Made by a program: the position numbers and the translations under genes. The notes beneath the pieces were generated by a model that saw only the letters and a program-made list of their open reading frames with translations, did not search any database and was not told where the DNA came from. Of a stretch of DNA of 32,605 nt, positions 18,127-27,210 are shown piece by piece (the first letter of the stretch is position 1; every line of letters starts with the position of its first letter). The stretch comes from a virus (taxonomy: Duplodnaviria > Caudoviricetes): the IMG/VR virus record IMGVR_UViG_3300037470_000607, positions 1 to 32,605 of that record. One strand, 5' to 3'.

Positions 18127-19724
18127 TATTCCTCACCCGTTTGCTGTTGCTGCGCAACTGCCCAGCGGTTGTATGTGCGCACAACCTCGGCATTCGTCGG
18201 CGCGCGGCCGCGTTCCTTGCGGAAGTCTACGGACACCTCGTCACGGTCAGCTTGCGGGATAGCCTCGAATTCTTCCGCCGTTGCCTCGAAGCGCGGAACC
18301 TCACGGTCGAACCAGAACCACCTGGGAATGACTACCTGCGTTAGCTGGTCGTTAATGATTTCGCGCATGCGGAACTGGTCTGGCGGCGTGCCGGTGCTAC
18401 TCTGCTCCACCAAGATGGCTTCACGCACGGCGCGGTCGAACTGCCCCTTCTGTTCACGGTCTCCCCATTCAACCTCGCCAAGCATCTGCGTCAGTGTAGC
18501 TGTCGGACTGGCGCGACCTTCGCGTATATCCGATTGCAGCTTTTGCAGCTCGCTAAGCTCGCGCGAATTCAGGTCAGCGACATGCATCTGCAAGTCGACA
18601 TCGTCGGCGAACTCTGTTCGCTGCTCCCTGGCCATGCGCGTCAGCCCATCATACACGTCCCAGTTTGTTGGGACCTGATCCTGCGGCTTACTCTCGCGCA
18701 TCATGCGTAGCTCGCCCGGCGAATCTTCTCTAAGCACCTCTATCATGCCCGGCGTGAGAGCGCGAATGCCACCTTCGTCGAACGCCGAGCGCGCCGAGTC
18801 AAGACGTGCTTTTCGGAACTGGGCAACCCCTGCTTTCTGTTCCGAATACTGCTGCCGCAGCAACGACACCGCTTGCTCGCGCGCCGTACCTTCCAGCTCT
18901 TTGCGCGCGGCGGCTAACGCGGCGGTCTCGTTAAGCCCGCGGTTCCATATGTCATCTGCCGCGTTCTGCGCGACACGAATGTCAGCACCGGATTTTAACT
19001 TGGAGGTAATCGCATCGTGTACACTACCTGCGATCTCGCCTTTATGTGTGGAGAAGTATTCACTAGCCGCAGCCGGGTCGTCATCTATCATGTTCTCGAT
19101 GACGTTCGTGTGCAACTTTGTGAACGCGCCCGTGCGCGCGTTTGAGTAGTCGGCTTCTGTCCACGACTGCATCGCACTAAGCACCGACAGGTTCTTCGTG
19201 ATCTCTTCGCGCGCTAGTTCGAGCGACGCAGGATTGCTATATGATGCTGCGCCCATGTCGATTGCGTTCTCCAACCCACTCTGTGATGCTTGCACCGCGC
19301 CGCGCGTAGTCTCTTGCGCCTCGAAGTTGCTGAACTCGTCTAGGCTCGCGCTACGGCGCCTGCGCACGGATTCGGAGAATAGCTCGCGCTGCGTAGAATT
19401 CTCTAGGTTAGCCATCAGCTTCGCGGGCTCGGACTCCCACCAGTCGGAAATGCGCTTGGTTACTTCGTGCGCCGCCGAGCCCCGCTGTTGCATCGCGCTC
19501 TGCCGCTGCTGCCGATACAAGTCGTCTATGGCCGTGTCGTTCTCGATGACCAGCGCTGCGTTACGCTTGCGTACGAGATCAATCTGCGAGGCGCGCATAG
19601 CGTCGGCGGCAACGCCTGCACCCTGCGCAATGGTGCCAAGACCCTCGTCACCGAGCTGCTGCGCGCGCGGAAGCGACAGCGTGCCCTGCTGTACGTCTTG
19701 CTCGGTAGGTACGTTCAAAGGCAT
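18126..19724 (-). CDS. Internal virion (ejection) protein, gp15 position
   Basis: 532 aa, Ala/Gln/Glu-rich and helical. TAATG coupling to the giant gene. Assigned by synteny. Confidence 0.7.
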   Translation of the reverse strand: MPLNVPTEQDVQQGTLSLPRAQQLGDEGLGTIAQGAGVAADAMRASQIDLVRKRNAALVIENDTAIDDLYRQQRQSAMQQRGSAAHEVTKRISDWWESEPAKLMANLENSTQRELFSESVRRRRSASLDEFSNFEAQETTRGAVQASQSGLENAIDMGAASYSNPASLELAREEITKNLSVLSAMQSWTEADYSNARTGAFTKLHTNVIENMIDDDPAAASEYFSTHKGEIAGSVHDAITSKLKSGADIRVAQNAADDIWNRGLNETAALAAARKELEGTAREQAVSLLRQQYSEQKAGVAQFRKARLDSARSAFDEGGIRALTPGMIEVLREDSPGELRMMRESKPQDQVPTNWDVYDGLTRMAREQRTEFADDVDLQMHVADLNSRELSELQKLQSDIREGRASPTATLTQMLGEVEWGDREQKGQFDRAVREAILVEQSSTGTPPDQFRMREIINDQLTQVVIPRWFWFDREVPRFEATAEEFEAIPQADRDEVSVDFRKERGRAPTNAEVVRTYNRWAVAQQQQTGEE

Positions 19725-19726
19725 GT

Positions 19727-20197
19727 TTAAGGCTCCTGCGTCCAGCGACGCGCTACCGACCCTGCTTCACCAATGAGTGTGCCGAGCGCTTCCCGGCCGG
19801 GGCTGATGCTTGACGCGCGCATGCGGTAGCCACCGGCCTCAGCCCTCTTAGCGATCACGTCGCGTCCCACATTCTCGCGGATCGTCAGCGCGTCGAGCCT
19901 GCCGATAAAGTCCGTTGCGTCCTGCACGGCGAGCGCGGTTCCGGCGCCGGTATTGAAGCCGCGCCCTGCAATCTTGGCCTTCACTGTGCCGACTTTGCGA
20001 TCAGTGCGCGCCTCTTGCCGCGCCGCTGCGGTGTTGCCAGCGCCGCGAATACTCTGCGCTTCAAGATCGGCCATTGCCGCATCGTACAACGCTTGCCCGC
20101 GCGTAGCGCCCGCGCGCGAGTACGAGCCAAGTACGTTCGCGCCGGACGAGGCGAGTTCAAGCATTTTTACGCCGGTTTCCTTTTCCACCTTACTCAC
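19727..20197 (-). CDS. Small internal virion (ejection) protein, gp14 position
   Basis: 156 aa, Ala/Gly-rich. G.V.A.IAGRG...GAGTAL.V...T...G.LDALTIREN pattern plus synteny. Confidence 0.7.
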   Translation of the reverse strand: MSKVEKETGVKMLELASSGANVLGSYSRAGATRGQALYDAAMADLEAQSIRGAGNTAAARQEARTDRKVGTVKAKIAGRGFNTGAGTALAVQDATDFIGRLDALTIRENVGRDVIAKRAEAGGYRMRASSISPGREALGTLIGEAGSVARRWTQEP

Positions 20198-20648
20198 CTA
20201 TGTACTTTATGGCGTTCGCGCCAATTGGTTGATAACCGAGCGCCGCGAACAACCGCGCTACGCGCATGGCGTTGATGCCTGACGAGTTGCCGACAAGTAT
20301 CTCGTTGGCTCCGCGGCTTGCAGCTTCGGCCTCGAAGCTGCGAATCAGCCTCAGCGCACCGAAGCCGCCGCGGTATTCCGGTTCCACGTACAACGTCATG
20401 AACGTGGCATACACCATGTCGGCGAAGAAATGCTCGGTCACGAGCCCCAGTACCACGCCGGCTATCGTCTCTCCGTCGCACAGTGCGATGCAGAAAAACG
20501 GCGAGTCGTCCTCGAAACATGAATCAAACAGCCGCGCGATCTTATCGCTGTTCAGCGGGTAGCGGCTGTAACGCGCTTCAGTGTACGCGCGCTCACCTAG
20601 TGCGATCATCGCGTCACGGTCATACTGTGTTGCAGGTCGCGTGTGCAT
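20190..20648 (-). CDS. GNAT-family N-acetyltransferase (152 aa, start revised)
   Basis: RPAT..D, LYVEPEYRGG and LF..LGY motifs. ATG at 20648 forms a TGATG overlap with the nozzle stop. Confidence 0.85.
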   Translation of the reverse strand: MHTRPATQYDRDAMIALGERAYTEARYSRYPLNSDKIARLFDSCFEDDSPFFCIALCDGETIAGVVLGLVTEHFFADMVYATFMTLYVEPEYRGGFGALRLIRSFEAEAASRGANEILVGNSSGINAMRVARLFAALGYQPIGANAIKYIGE

Positions 20649-23578
20649 CAGCCGTCCACGTAGTCGATGGCGAGGCCCGTCAGCGTGAACGGCAACGGCT
20701 GTGTCTGCTGCAAGCATATAGTCGTGTCCTCGTTCCACACTGGCGTAACGTCAATGCCGTGAATCCCGTCGCGTAGCGCCGGCACCGAACCAAGCTCTTC
20801 TTCAACATCGTCGAGCAGGTCGCGCTGATCCTGCGCATCGAACGACACTCCAGCGGTGAGCCCGAGCGACTGCTTCAGGCGCAGCCACACCTGCGACACG
20901 TTCTTCATGATACCGACGCCATAGCCCGGCTGCTGCGTATATGCTAGTGGTATCGTCTCGATCTGTGTCGTGTAGCTGAGCCCGACGTGGATCACAGACG
21001 CGAGCGCATCAACCTCAATCTCGCCACCGAACACGGTGTAAGGCCCCAGCACGCGGCCATCGGCGAGCGCCATAACGTCTTGGCCTTCGAGATGGTCGAG
21101 CCCGGTGACGATACTCGTCTCGGCGCCTCGGTAGGTGAAGCCGCTATCGATGAAGAACGCCTCGGGCTGATCGGTGAACGTGCGGGATTCTATGCGCTCA
21201 ATATAACGCACAGTTAGGTCATTGATTGTGCGGCGCGCGACGACGTACACCGAGTCCTCTTTGCCCTCGGGCACTACCGCAAACGACTCGATGAACGCGC
21301 CGGGGAACTCGTGGTGATGCCATGCAAACACCTCCTGCTCGGGCATGTACGTTAGCCCGACCAAGATACCGTCATCGCGCAAACCAAACCAGATGGGGAA
21401 CGGTGCGCGCCTGAACCCGGTTTGGACCCAGTCCTTCTTGTCTATCAGGTGCGCGGCGATGATGCTCAAGTCTTCGGAACCGTAGCCGGCGAGCGAATCC
21501 TCGGGTGTCAGTTGGTACAGGTGCCCGCCGCGCTCTACCGGATACAGGATGCGCGTGCCCGCCTCTTGAGGCTTCGCCAGTTCATGAGCGCCGTACGATA
21601 CCACTGGACGCGCTGCGATAGACACAGGGCCGAATAGTGCGGTCTCAACGGGTACAACACGCTGCACGCCGCCGCTAGTGAAGAGCAGCAGCTCATGTAA
21701 CGCTAACGAGTGTAAGATCGGTGCGGACTTCAGTGCTGCTAGTTCATACGTAAACGCCTGATCGTCCTGCGGTGGCACCGACGCTTTGAAGTAGTCGAAC
21801 GCCGCGAGACCCGAAGCCCAAAACGCTTGCGGCTCGGCTTCGGTTCCCGCGAGAATCATGCGCTGTTCGTGGAAACAGACTGTGCCGGGATATGCGCCAG
21901 CCGAAGCGAACGTGGCGATAGGCTCGGGCGGCTGCTTCGCATAGTCTGGCGTGATGTTGTCATCTGCAAACGACGTCCCGGTCGACGCACCTATGAACCC
22001 CCACAGTGAGCCGCCTATATCCTTGTACACGTTGAAGCGGAACACGCCTGTCACCGTGGTCCAGGTGATCTCGTTGAAGTTGCCGAGTGTGCGCAGCGTG
22101 TTGTCGCAGTCGTCTAGCGTCCCTACCGCACTCTCTGCGTTCGTGTCGTCAGTCGTCGTAACGGCATACGAGTACGTAATCGGCGCAGCACCGGGGGTAC
22201 CCATCGCGGTCGCGGTGATGCCTCCCGGCGGCGCAAGTGCGTTGTTGAACGACACTGCGGTGAACGTCCAGTCGTTATCGTTCACTCGCGTCAGCCGCGC
22301 AGTCGGATACAGTTTGTGCGCAATCACAAGATCGTCGACGAACTGCGCGAACTGCGCGAAGCGGATGTGTGACCAAGTATACGTTGGCGTCAGGCTAACT
22401 TCGCTGGTGTCGCCGGCCAGCGCGACCGTGCCCGTGTTAATGAGCCCGTTGTATGGGGAGCCGGAGAACGCAGACCACGTCGCACGAGCATCTGGCACAG
22501 TAACCGCATCAACCGCCCATGCGGAGTCGCCCCACAAGGTTGTGAATCGCGGTGAGAAGAAGGCGGCGCCGGCCGGTGCAGTTGTCGTGATGCGCACCTC
22601 GACCCACACGTTCTCCGCGGCGTCACTGACCATGCCGTCCGCAGTGATGCGTTCGAGCCCTTGCACGAGCGTGCTGTCAAGCGGTAACGAAGTCGTCTCG
22701 ATCTCGGCGAGTCCAGCGTTATACCAAACTATGTGCATGTTCAGTCGCGTGCGCAAGGCGCTCGTTTCCGGCGTTGCGCGTATGTGCGCAGCGACCGTCA
22801 TAGGCTGGCCAGCCGTAATCGGGAAACGAGTATCGCAGGTAGCTATTTTGCCGCCACCATTCGGGTTGTCGGTGACTCCGAGCTTTAGCGAAATTGCGCC
22901 GCTGTACACCGGCGCCGTAGCATTTGCTGCATGCGAGCCATTGCCTGAGAACGTCCAATCTGTCAAGCCCGATTCAAAGTCAAGGTTCGCGCCGTCGATG
23001 TCTGCGTAAGGTACGACGGGGGTCTGCGCCGATGAAATCGTAAACGTTGTAGTTGTCGGCGCCGTGGCAACGTACCACGTGACGTTCATGAAACCTGCTA
23101 GTATGTTTACGCCGTTCTGATCAGGGTTCACCAGGGAGAAATCCTGAAACCGTATAGCGTCGCCTGCTACGAGCCCGTGCGCACCGCTCGTGGTGAACAG
23201 TGCGGGCGCGGTAGGTAGGCCATCCGTTGTGACCCAAAGCGTGGCGCTTGTCACTGTGATCGTATCGCCGGGGTCTGTCTCTTCGTTGATGATGTTCCCG
23301 CCGCCGACTATGCGCAGTGTCGCGTCACCGAATTCCAGCAAGAACCCCTGACCGTCGCTACGCACAAACGGCACAAGCCAAGCTTGGTTATTGTCATTTG
23401 TCGTGGATATGAAGCGCGTGCCCGCGCGGTTCTCGATTGCACCCTGCGGCGTTACAATCGCGTTGTAACAGCGCTTCAAGCCTGTCGCGTTTCGCGGCAA
23501 GTCGACGCGGCCGAACATTTCCTCGGACAACTCGCCGCCCGCCAGTGAGCGCCACGCGTGTCGTAGCTGGGAAATCAT
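20648..23578 (-). CDS. Tail tubular protein B / nozzle, with an inserted carbohydrate-binding-like domain
   Basis: SLAGGELS..MFGRVDL, N.IV.PQG..ENRAGTRF, YP.TVCFHEQR, W...DDG.L...TY..EQ.V.AWH.H, RYIER, GLDHLEG, HVGLSY. Confidence 0.9.
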   Translation of the reverse strand: MISQLRHAWRSLAGGELSEEMFGRVDLPRNATGLKRCYNAIVTPQGAIENRAGTRFISTTNDNNQAWLVPFVRSDGQGFLLEFGDATLRIVGGGNIINEETDPGDTITVTSATLWVTTDGLPTAPALFTTSGAHGLVAGDAIRFQDFSLVNPDQNGVNILAGFMNVTWYVATAPTTTTFTISSAQTPVVPYADIDGANLDFESGLTDWTFSGNGSHAANATAPVYSGAISLKLGVTDNPNGGGKIATCDTRFPITAGQPMTVAAHIRATPETSALRTRLNMHIVWYNAGLAEIETTSLPLDSTLVQGLERITADGMVSDAAENVWVEVRITTTAPAGAAFFSPRFTTLWGDSAWAVDAVTVPDARATWSAFSGSPYNGLINTGTVALAGDTSEVSLTPTYTWSHIRFAQFAQFVDDLVIAHKLYPTARLTRVNDNDWTFTAVSFNNALAPPGGITATAMGTPGAAPITYSYAVTTTDDTNAESAVGTLDDCDNTLRTLGNFNEITWTTVTGVFRFNVYKDIGGSLWGFIGASTGTSFADDNITPDYAKQPPEPIATFASAGAYPGTVCFHEQRMILAGTEAEPQAFWASGLAAFDYFKASVPPQDDQAFTYELAALKSAPILHSLALHELLLFTSGGVQRVVPVETALFGPVSIAARPVVSYGAHELAKPQEAGTRILYPVERGGHLYQLTPEDSLAGYGSEDLSIIAAHLIDKKDWVQTGFRRAPFPIWFGLRDDGILVGLTYMPEQEVFAWHHHEFPGAFIESFAVVPEGKEDSVYVVARRTINDLTVRYIERIESRTFTDQPEAFFIDSGFTYRGAETSIVTGLDHLEGQDVMALADGRVLGPYTVFGGEIEVDALASVIHVGLSYTTQIETIPLAYTQQPGYGVGIMKNVSQVWLRLKQSLGLTAGVSFDAQDQRDLLDDVEEELGSVPALRDGIHGIDVTPVWNEDTTICLQQTQPLPFTLTGLAIDYVDG

Positions 23579-24198
23579 CGGTCAGAAATCCATGACGGCG
23601 TATGATTCTTGTACTGCGTGTTATCAAGCTGCGCGTTCGCGTTCATGGCGCTTGCAACGAGGAACATCGCACGCGCCTCGCCGCGAAGTGTCTGCTTCAC
23701 TTGCATGCCGACGCGCCCTTTGAGGATTGGCCCCGCGAGGTACGAGCCTAGTAAGAGGCTCAGTGCGCTAACAAAGGATGGAGAGTACCTGCCCGTTTCC
23801 TCTTCGCGATAGATGTAGTGCAGAACCGCTTCCGACACGTTGGTCAATATGAGGGTGTCCAGCTCGGTTACATCTGACTCAATCTTGAACGGCTGGCCGG
23901 GGAAGTCCATCGACACGCCAGGAGGAACCACGCGAAGTGCGCGAATGTAGTCACTCGGTATCGAGTAAGCGAACGCCCACTCACCGTCGTCGAAGCCGAC
24001 GAGCGATTCTGCCAGCACTACGCGCCGCGTGGCGAAGTTCCAGTCGTGCATTTCGAGCAGCTCGTCGCGCGCGATTGGGTAGAACGTCGCGCAGTGCTGC
24101 GCCTGGATGGAGTTGTCCGGCGGGTCAATACTGTTGACACGCGCAGCATCGGCGATATGCCCGAGCGCGAGGCGCGAAATCTCAACTTGTGATGCCAC
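23575..24198 (-). CDS. Tail tubular protein A / adaptor
   Basis: MASQVEI..LALGHI...A.HC..FY..ARD.LLE.HDWNFA...W.FAY..PSD...F..AL...L...LAGPI. GTG start with AAGGGG SD. Confidence 0.88.
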   Translation of the reverse strand: MASQVEISRLALGHIADAARVNSIDPPDNSIQAQHCATFYPIARDELLEMHDWNFATRRVVLAESLVGFDDGEWAFAYSIPSDYIRALRVVPPGVSMDFPGQPFKIESDVTELDTLILTNVSEAVLHYIYREEETGRYSPSFVSALSLLLGSYLAGPILKGRVGMQVKQTLRGEARAMFLVASAMNANAQLDNTQYKNHTPSWISDR

Positions 24199-24212
24199 GT
24201 ATCTTACCCCTT

Positions 24213-24263
24213 GTTCACTTTTTCAAAGTGTCCACGATTCGTGAACAGCTTGAAAAAGTGGAC
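24213..24263. promoter_or_regulatory. Long imperfect inverted repeat overlapping the terminator and abutting the adaptor-gene RBS
   Basis: CACTTTTTCAA (24216-24226) / TTGAAAAAGTG (24250-24260) enclose a nested TGTcCACG-att-CGTGaACA stem. Confidence 0.55.
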
Positions 24264-24283
24264 GCCCTTTTACAAGCGTCCAC
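24253..24283 (-). terminator. Rho-independent terminator between head and tail genes
   Basis: Minus strand reads GTGGACGC-ttgtaaaagg-GCGTCCAC-TTTTT (8-bp stem, 5 U), 7 nt after the stop at 24291. Confidence 0.7.
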
Positions 24284-24290
24284 CAAAGCT

Positions 24291-24617
24291 TCAGCCTACA
24301 AGATCGTCCTGCGCAACAGGCGGCGCAACGGTAGCCGCCGCTTCCGCCAAGGTCATCTGCGCCACGTCACCGAGTCGCGTACTCGGTTGCTCGCTTTCGC
24401 CCAGTTCCTTCATGACCTGGGTAAACGATTTCCCACGGGGCGCCTGGGCATTTTGAAGTTGCGGGGGGAGCTCGGAACCTTCCGGTGCCGGCCCCGCATC
24501 CTCGAACCACGACTCATTCGCCGTTGCGCGCACGACGAACGTAGCGCCCGTGCGGCGACGGTGCCCGTCGTATGTGCCCTGGCGCTTGGCTCTTACCAGT
24601 TTTAGTTGCTCAGCCAT
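24291..24617 (-). CDS. Hypothetical virion-morphogenesis protein
   Basis: 108 aa, V.A.R.G.YDG.RR..G..F...SW pattern, between the cement and adaptor genes. Confidence 0.65.
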   Translation of the reverse strand: MAEQLKLVRAKRQGTYDGHRRRTGATFVVRATANESWFEDAGPAPEGSELPPQLQNAQAPRGKSFTQVMKELGESEQPSTRLGDVAQMTLAEAAATVAPPVAQDDLVG

Positions 24618-24621
24618 GGCC

Positions 24622-25101
24622 CTAGACCGTCACGCCTTCGTCACCGGCCGGGTACGTCGTGTGGTCATACGTCTGATCGTCCGTAAGGAACGCATCGACC
24701 ACAAGCACAGCAGTCGCGGTGACCGCATAACGCAGGCCGACGTAACGGTCAAACTGCACGCCGGCCGGAACCGGAATGACAACCTTTGTGCCAGCAGGCA
24801 AGTTGGCTGCGCCCGTTACGACGGGTGACGAAGCGATGACTCGCGAGCTGCCATCCGTGGGCAGAACTGTGTCGGTAACCAGTGAGAACTGGAAGGTATC
24901 CGACCCGTCACCGCCGGAGTTGGCGCCAACCGTGATAACGCAGTACAGCGGTCGGCCCGTGCCGATAGCGCGGGAAAGTGCACCGAGGCCGGCGGCAGCG
25001 GAACCCAGCGACGCGAGGTCGATGTTGTCCGTGGCCTCGGTCGTGGTGCCGCCCGTGACGGTCTGGCCATCCGCGAACGTGAGAAGAGTGTCGATAATCA
25101 T
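24622..25101 (-). CDS. Capsid cement/decoration protein, BPP-1 Bbp16-like (159 aa, start revised)
   Basis: MIID.LL.FADGQ.VT...T..IDL...IG.G.PLY...L.AGT...IP.P...RY.GLRY.V...AFL. AGAGGA SD before the ATG at 25101. Confidence 0.85.
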   Translation of the reverse strand: MIIDTLLTFADGQTVTGGTTTEATDNIDLASLGSAAAGLGALSRAIGTGRPLYCVITVGANSGGDGSDTFQFSLVTDTVLPTDGSSRVIASSPVVTGAANLPAGTKVVIPVPAGVQFDRYVGLRYAVTATAVLVVDAFLTDDQTYDHTTYPAGDEGVTV

Positions 25102-25130
25102 TGCAAAATTTCCTCTGAGAGTTGTTCGGC

Positions 25131-25153
25131 AAAAGTGGGGCCGAAGCCCCACT
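25131..25153 (-). terminator. Rho-independent terminator with UUCG tetraloop after the major capsid gene
   Basis: Minus strand reads AGTGGGGC-TTCG-GCCCCACT-TTT, 12 nt after the capsid stop. Confidence 0.8.
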
Positions 25154-25165
25154 CGCTGAATTAGG

Positions 25166-26179
25166 CTACGAGAACGTCACCTCGGACTCGCCGGAGACGA
25201 GCTTGTCAACGCGGCGCACGGGAACGCCATCGAAAGACAGGACCTTCTTGCCAGCAATATCGTCGAGCATGAGCGTCGACTGCTTGATGGCATTGACCTG
25301 CTGACGGCGCAGAATCGAACGCAGTGTGCGATTCATGTAGAACGCCGGTCGACCCATCGTCAAGCTTTCGACGACTTCGAGCGCCTGGGTCATGAGGTCG
25401 ATCAGGTTGGCACCTGCCGTCTCAGGATCGTTCGTCAACGCAGCCTGATCAATGTTGGCAATACGCACGACATATCGCCAATCGCGCACGCTGAGACCGC
25501 TGTCCCAGCGATAGTGCGAGCGATACGCCTGCATGCGTCCTGCTGAAGCAACGTTGTTGCCCAGTGACTCAACAGTGACTTCGCCGAGATCGCGAATCTG
25601 CAAACCAGCTACCGAGCCCTTCGGGTACAGCGCGTGGACCGTGTTCGGTCCCCACACTACCAACCAGATGGACGTGCGATCCGAGTCGCCCGCGGCGTTG
25701 ATGATGTTGCGGCCATTCGCGGCCGAACTGTCGTTGAATCGCGGAAGCAAACCTGTGAAGGCTTCAGCCTCGGTACCCTCGTTGCCGTGGAAAATAGTGT
25801 CGGCCTGCTCTTGGTTCATGCCCTCAATGTGCGCAGCGTCTTCGCTCATGCGGAAAGCGGCGGTGTTGCCATTAAGGTCGGCGAGTGCCTTATCCACCTC
25901 GGCGTATGCTTCGAGCATGCCGGTGTTGTCGCGCACTTGCACGGTTGTGCTTTTCGTCGGCTGAACGAAGCCGTAAAGCTTGCGCCAAGTAGGAGCAGGA
26001 ATACCCGTGCGGACAGTCGTCACGTGACTCGTGGTCTCGTTCGACTCGATCCACACCGCATCGTCCAGCACTTCATTTTGCTGGTTGAGCAGTTCGACAA
26101 TTGTTGCAACCTTGCCATCAGGATCAAGGCGTTTGGCCACGTCCATGAGGGTCGGGTGTGTAGTGGAGAGAACAGCCAT
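25166..26179 (-). CDS. Major capsid protein, BPP-1 Bbp17-like
   Basis: PTL.DVAKR.DPDG...IVELL.Q.NE.L.D, RTG.P.PTWR.LY, MLE.YAEVDKALA, TSIWLVVWG, GL.VRDWRYVVRIANID, FDGVPVRR.D. GAGG SD. Confidence 0.93.
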   Translation of the reverse strand: MAVLSTTHPTLMDVAKRLDPDGKVATIVELLNQQNEVLDDAVWIESNETTSHVTTVRTGIPAPTWRKLYGFVQPTKSTTVQVRDNTGMLEAYAEVDKALADLNGNTAAFRMSEDAAHIEGMNQEQADTIFHGNEGTEAEAFTGLLPRFNDSSAANGRNIINAAGDSDRTSIWLVVWGPNTVHALYPKGSVAGLQIRDLGEVTVESLGNNVASAGRMQAYRSHYRWDSGLSVRDWRYVVRIANIDQAALTNDPETAGANLIDLMTQALEVVESLTMGRPAFYMNRTLRSILRRQQVNAIKQSTLMLDDIAGKKVLSFDGVPVRRVDKLVSGESEVTFS

Positions 26180-26212
26180 TGTAAATTACCTCGTTTCAGG
26201 ATTGAAAAGAAA

Positions 26213-26899
26213 TCACGCCATATTCGGGAATAGAACCTTCGCCGGGTCGCGAGGTGACTCGTTACCCCTCCCAGCGATGAACTCTCCGTCTTGTGATATG
26301 AGCTGCCCAACCTTGAGCAGTCCACGTATCACCTGCGGGTGATCTAAGAACGGGTGCGAGTTCGCATCCGCTGCTATCTCGGGGAAGAACTTGGACAGCG
26401 CGCGCTTAGCTACGGCTAGGTTCTCGTCGAACTTCGCGCCGCCCTCGCCACCGATCTCTTTGTCGGTGCGCGCTTCGTCGTTCCATTTCTGCTTGAGCGC
26501 GGCGAGTCCATCAGCCTGCGCCTGCGCATCAGCGGCAATGGCTTCATTCGCAAGCGTGACTTCGCGATTCATGTACGCCTGTGCCTGCGCCTGTGTCAGC
26601 TTGTGTTCTTTTGCAAACGCGCTGACCTCGGCCACGAGACCTGCGTCGGCGTCTTGCTCGACTTCTTTACCGTCGACCGTAGCCTTTACTTTGTCGAACG
26701 TGTATGATTCCGGCACCGCGCTCGCAGCCGCCGCCTTAGCAGCTTCAGCCGCAGCCGCGGTGTCAACGGCAGCAACAGCCGCCGCAGTGTCAACGACAGC
26801 AGCCGCATCAACAACAGCAGCCGCATCAACAACACCAGCGCCAGCGCCAGCAGCGTCACCTTCAGGAGCGCGTAGCACGTTTCGTAGAAAAAAGCTCAT
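26213..26899 (-). CDS. Capsid scaffolding/assembly protein (228 aa, start revised)
   Basis: Low-complexity N-terminus, then PESY.F...AKE..LTQ.QAQ...W...D.EIGG..FDENL..A...HP...G...D...LFP. ATGA overlap at 26899. Confidence 0.82.
   Translation of the reverse strand: MSFFLRNVLRAPEGDAAGAGAGVVDAAAVVDAAAVVDTAAAVAAVDTAAAAEAAKAAAASAVPESYTFDKVKATVDGKEVEQDADAGLVAEVSAFAKEHKLTQAQAQAYMNREVTLANEAIAADAQAQADGLAALKQKWNDEARTDKEIGGEGGAKFDENLAVAKRALSKFFPEIAADANSHPFLDHPQVIRGLLKVGQLISQDGEFIAGRGNESPRDPAKVLFPNMA
26757..26835 (-). repeat. 18-nt in-frame repeats (VVDAAA) in the scaffold N-terminus
   Basis: ACAGCAGCCGCATCAACA occurs twice exactly (26796-26831), with two degenerate copies adjacent. Confidence 0.8.
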
Positions 26900-27210
26900 G
26901 AGCGTTGTTCCTCTTGCATCTTGTGGGCCAATGTGGGGCACGACTTTTGCAGTTGTGCCCAGACTCGCAGGGCCACGTTCCGCTCACCTTCCCGAAAGTC
27001 GGTGTCTTCGCGTTTGCCCGTGTAACTAGATCGCCAAAGGGGTGCGACTAAATCCCATATTACGTTGCGCCCGGAGCGCGTCGACATGAGCGAGATGTAA
27101 TCCGCGTCGAGCTGCGCCTCGTGTTGCTCGCGTTCCTCGATGGCCGCGACGCGCTGCGCCTCAAGCCGGTCGAGGTCAAACGTGTAATCAGCCTCGTCGT
27201 GCGTAGCCAC
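26896..27210 (-). CDS. BPP-1 Bbp19-like protein (104 aa, start revised)
   Basis: D...LM.T..GR.VIW.L...F.EG.RNV.L...CP...M..E pattern. GAGGTG SD before the GTG at 27210. Confidence 0.75.
   Translation of the reverse strand: MATHDEADYTFDLDRLEAQRVAAIEEREQHEAQLDADYISLMSTRSGRNVIWDLVAPLWRSSYTGKREDTDFREGERNVALRVWAQLQKSCPTLAHKMQEEQRS

Noticed and set aside
24211-24605. + strand ORFs across the head/tail intergenic region
   Set aside because: They are antisense to a real gene and cross a structured AT-rich element, with no recognisable features.
25102-25200. Programmed frameshift or read-through extending the major capsid protein
   Set aside because: I saw no slippery sequence near the stop. The downstream gene has its own SD and start, with a terminator hairpin in between.
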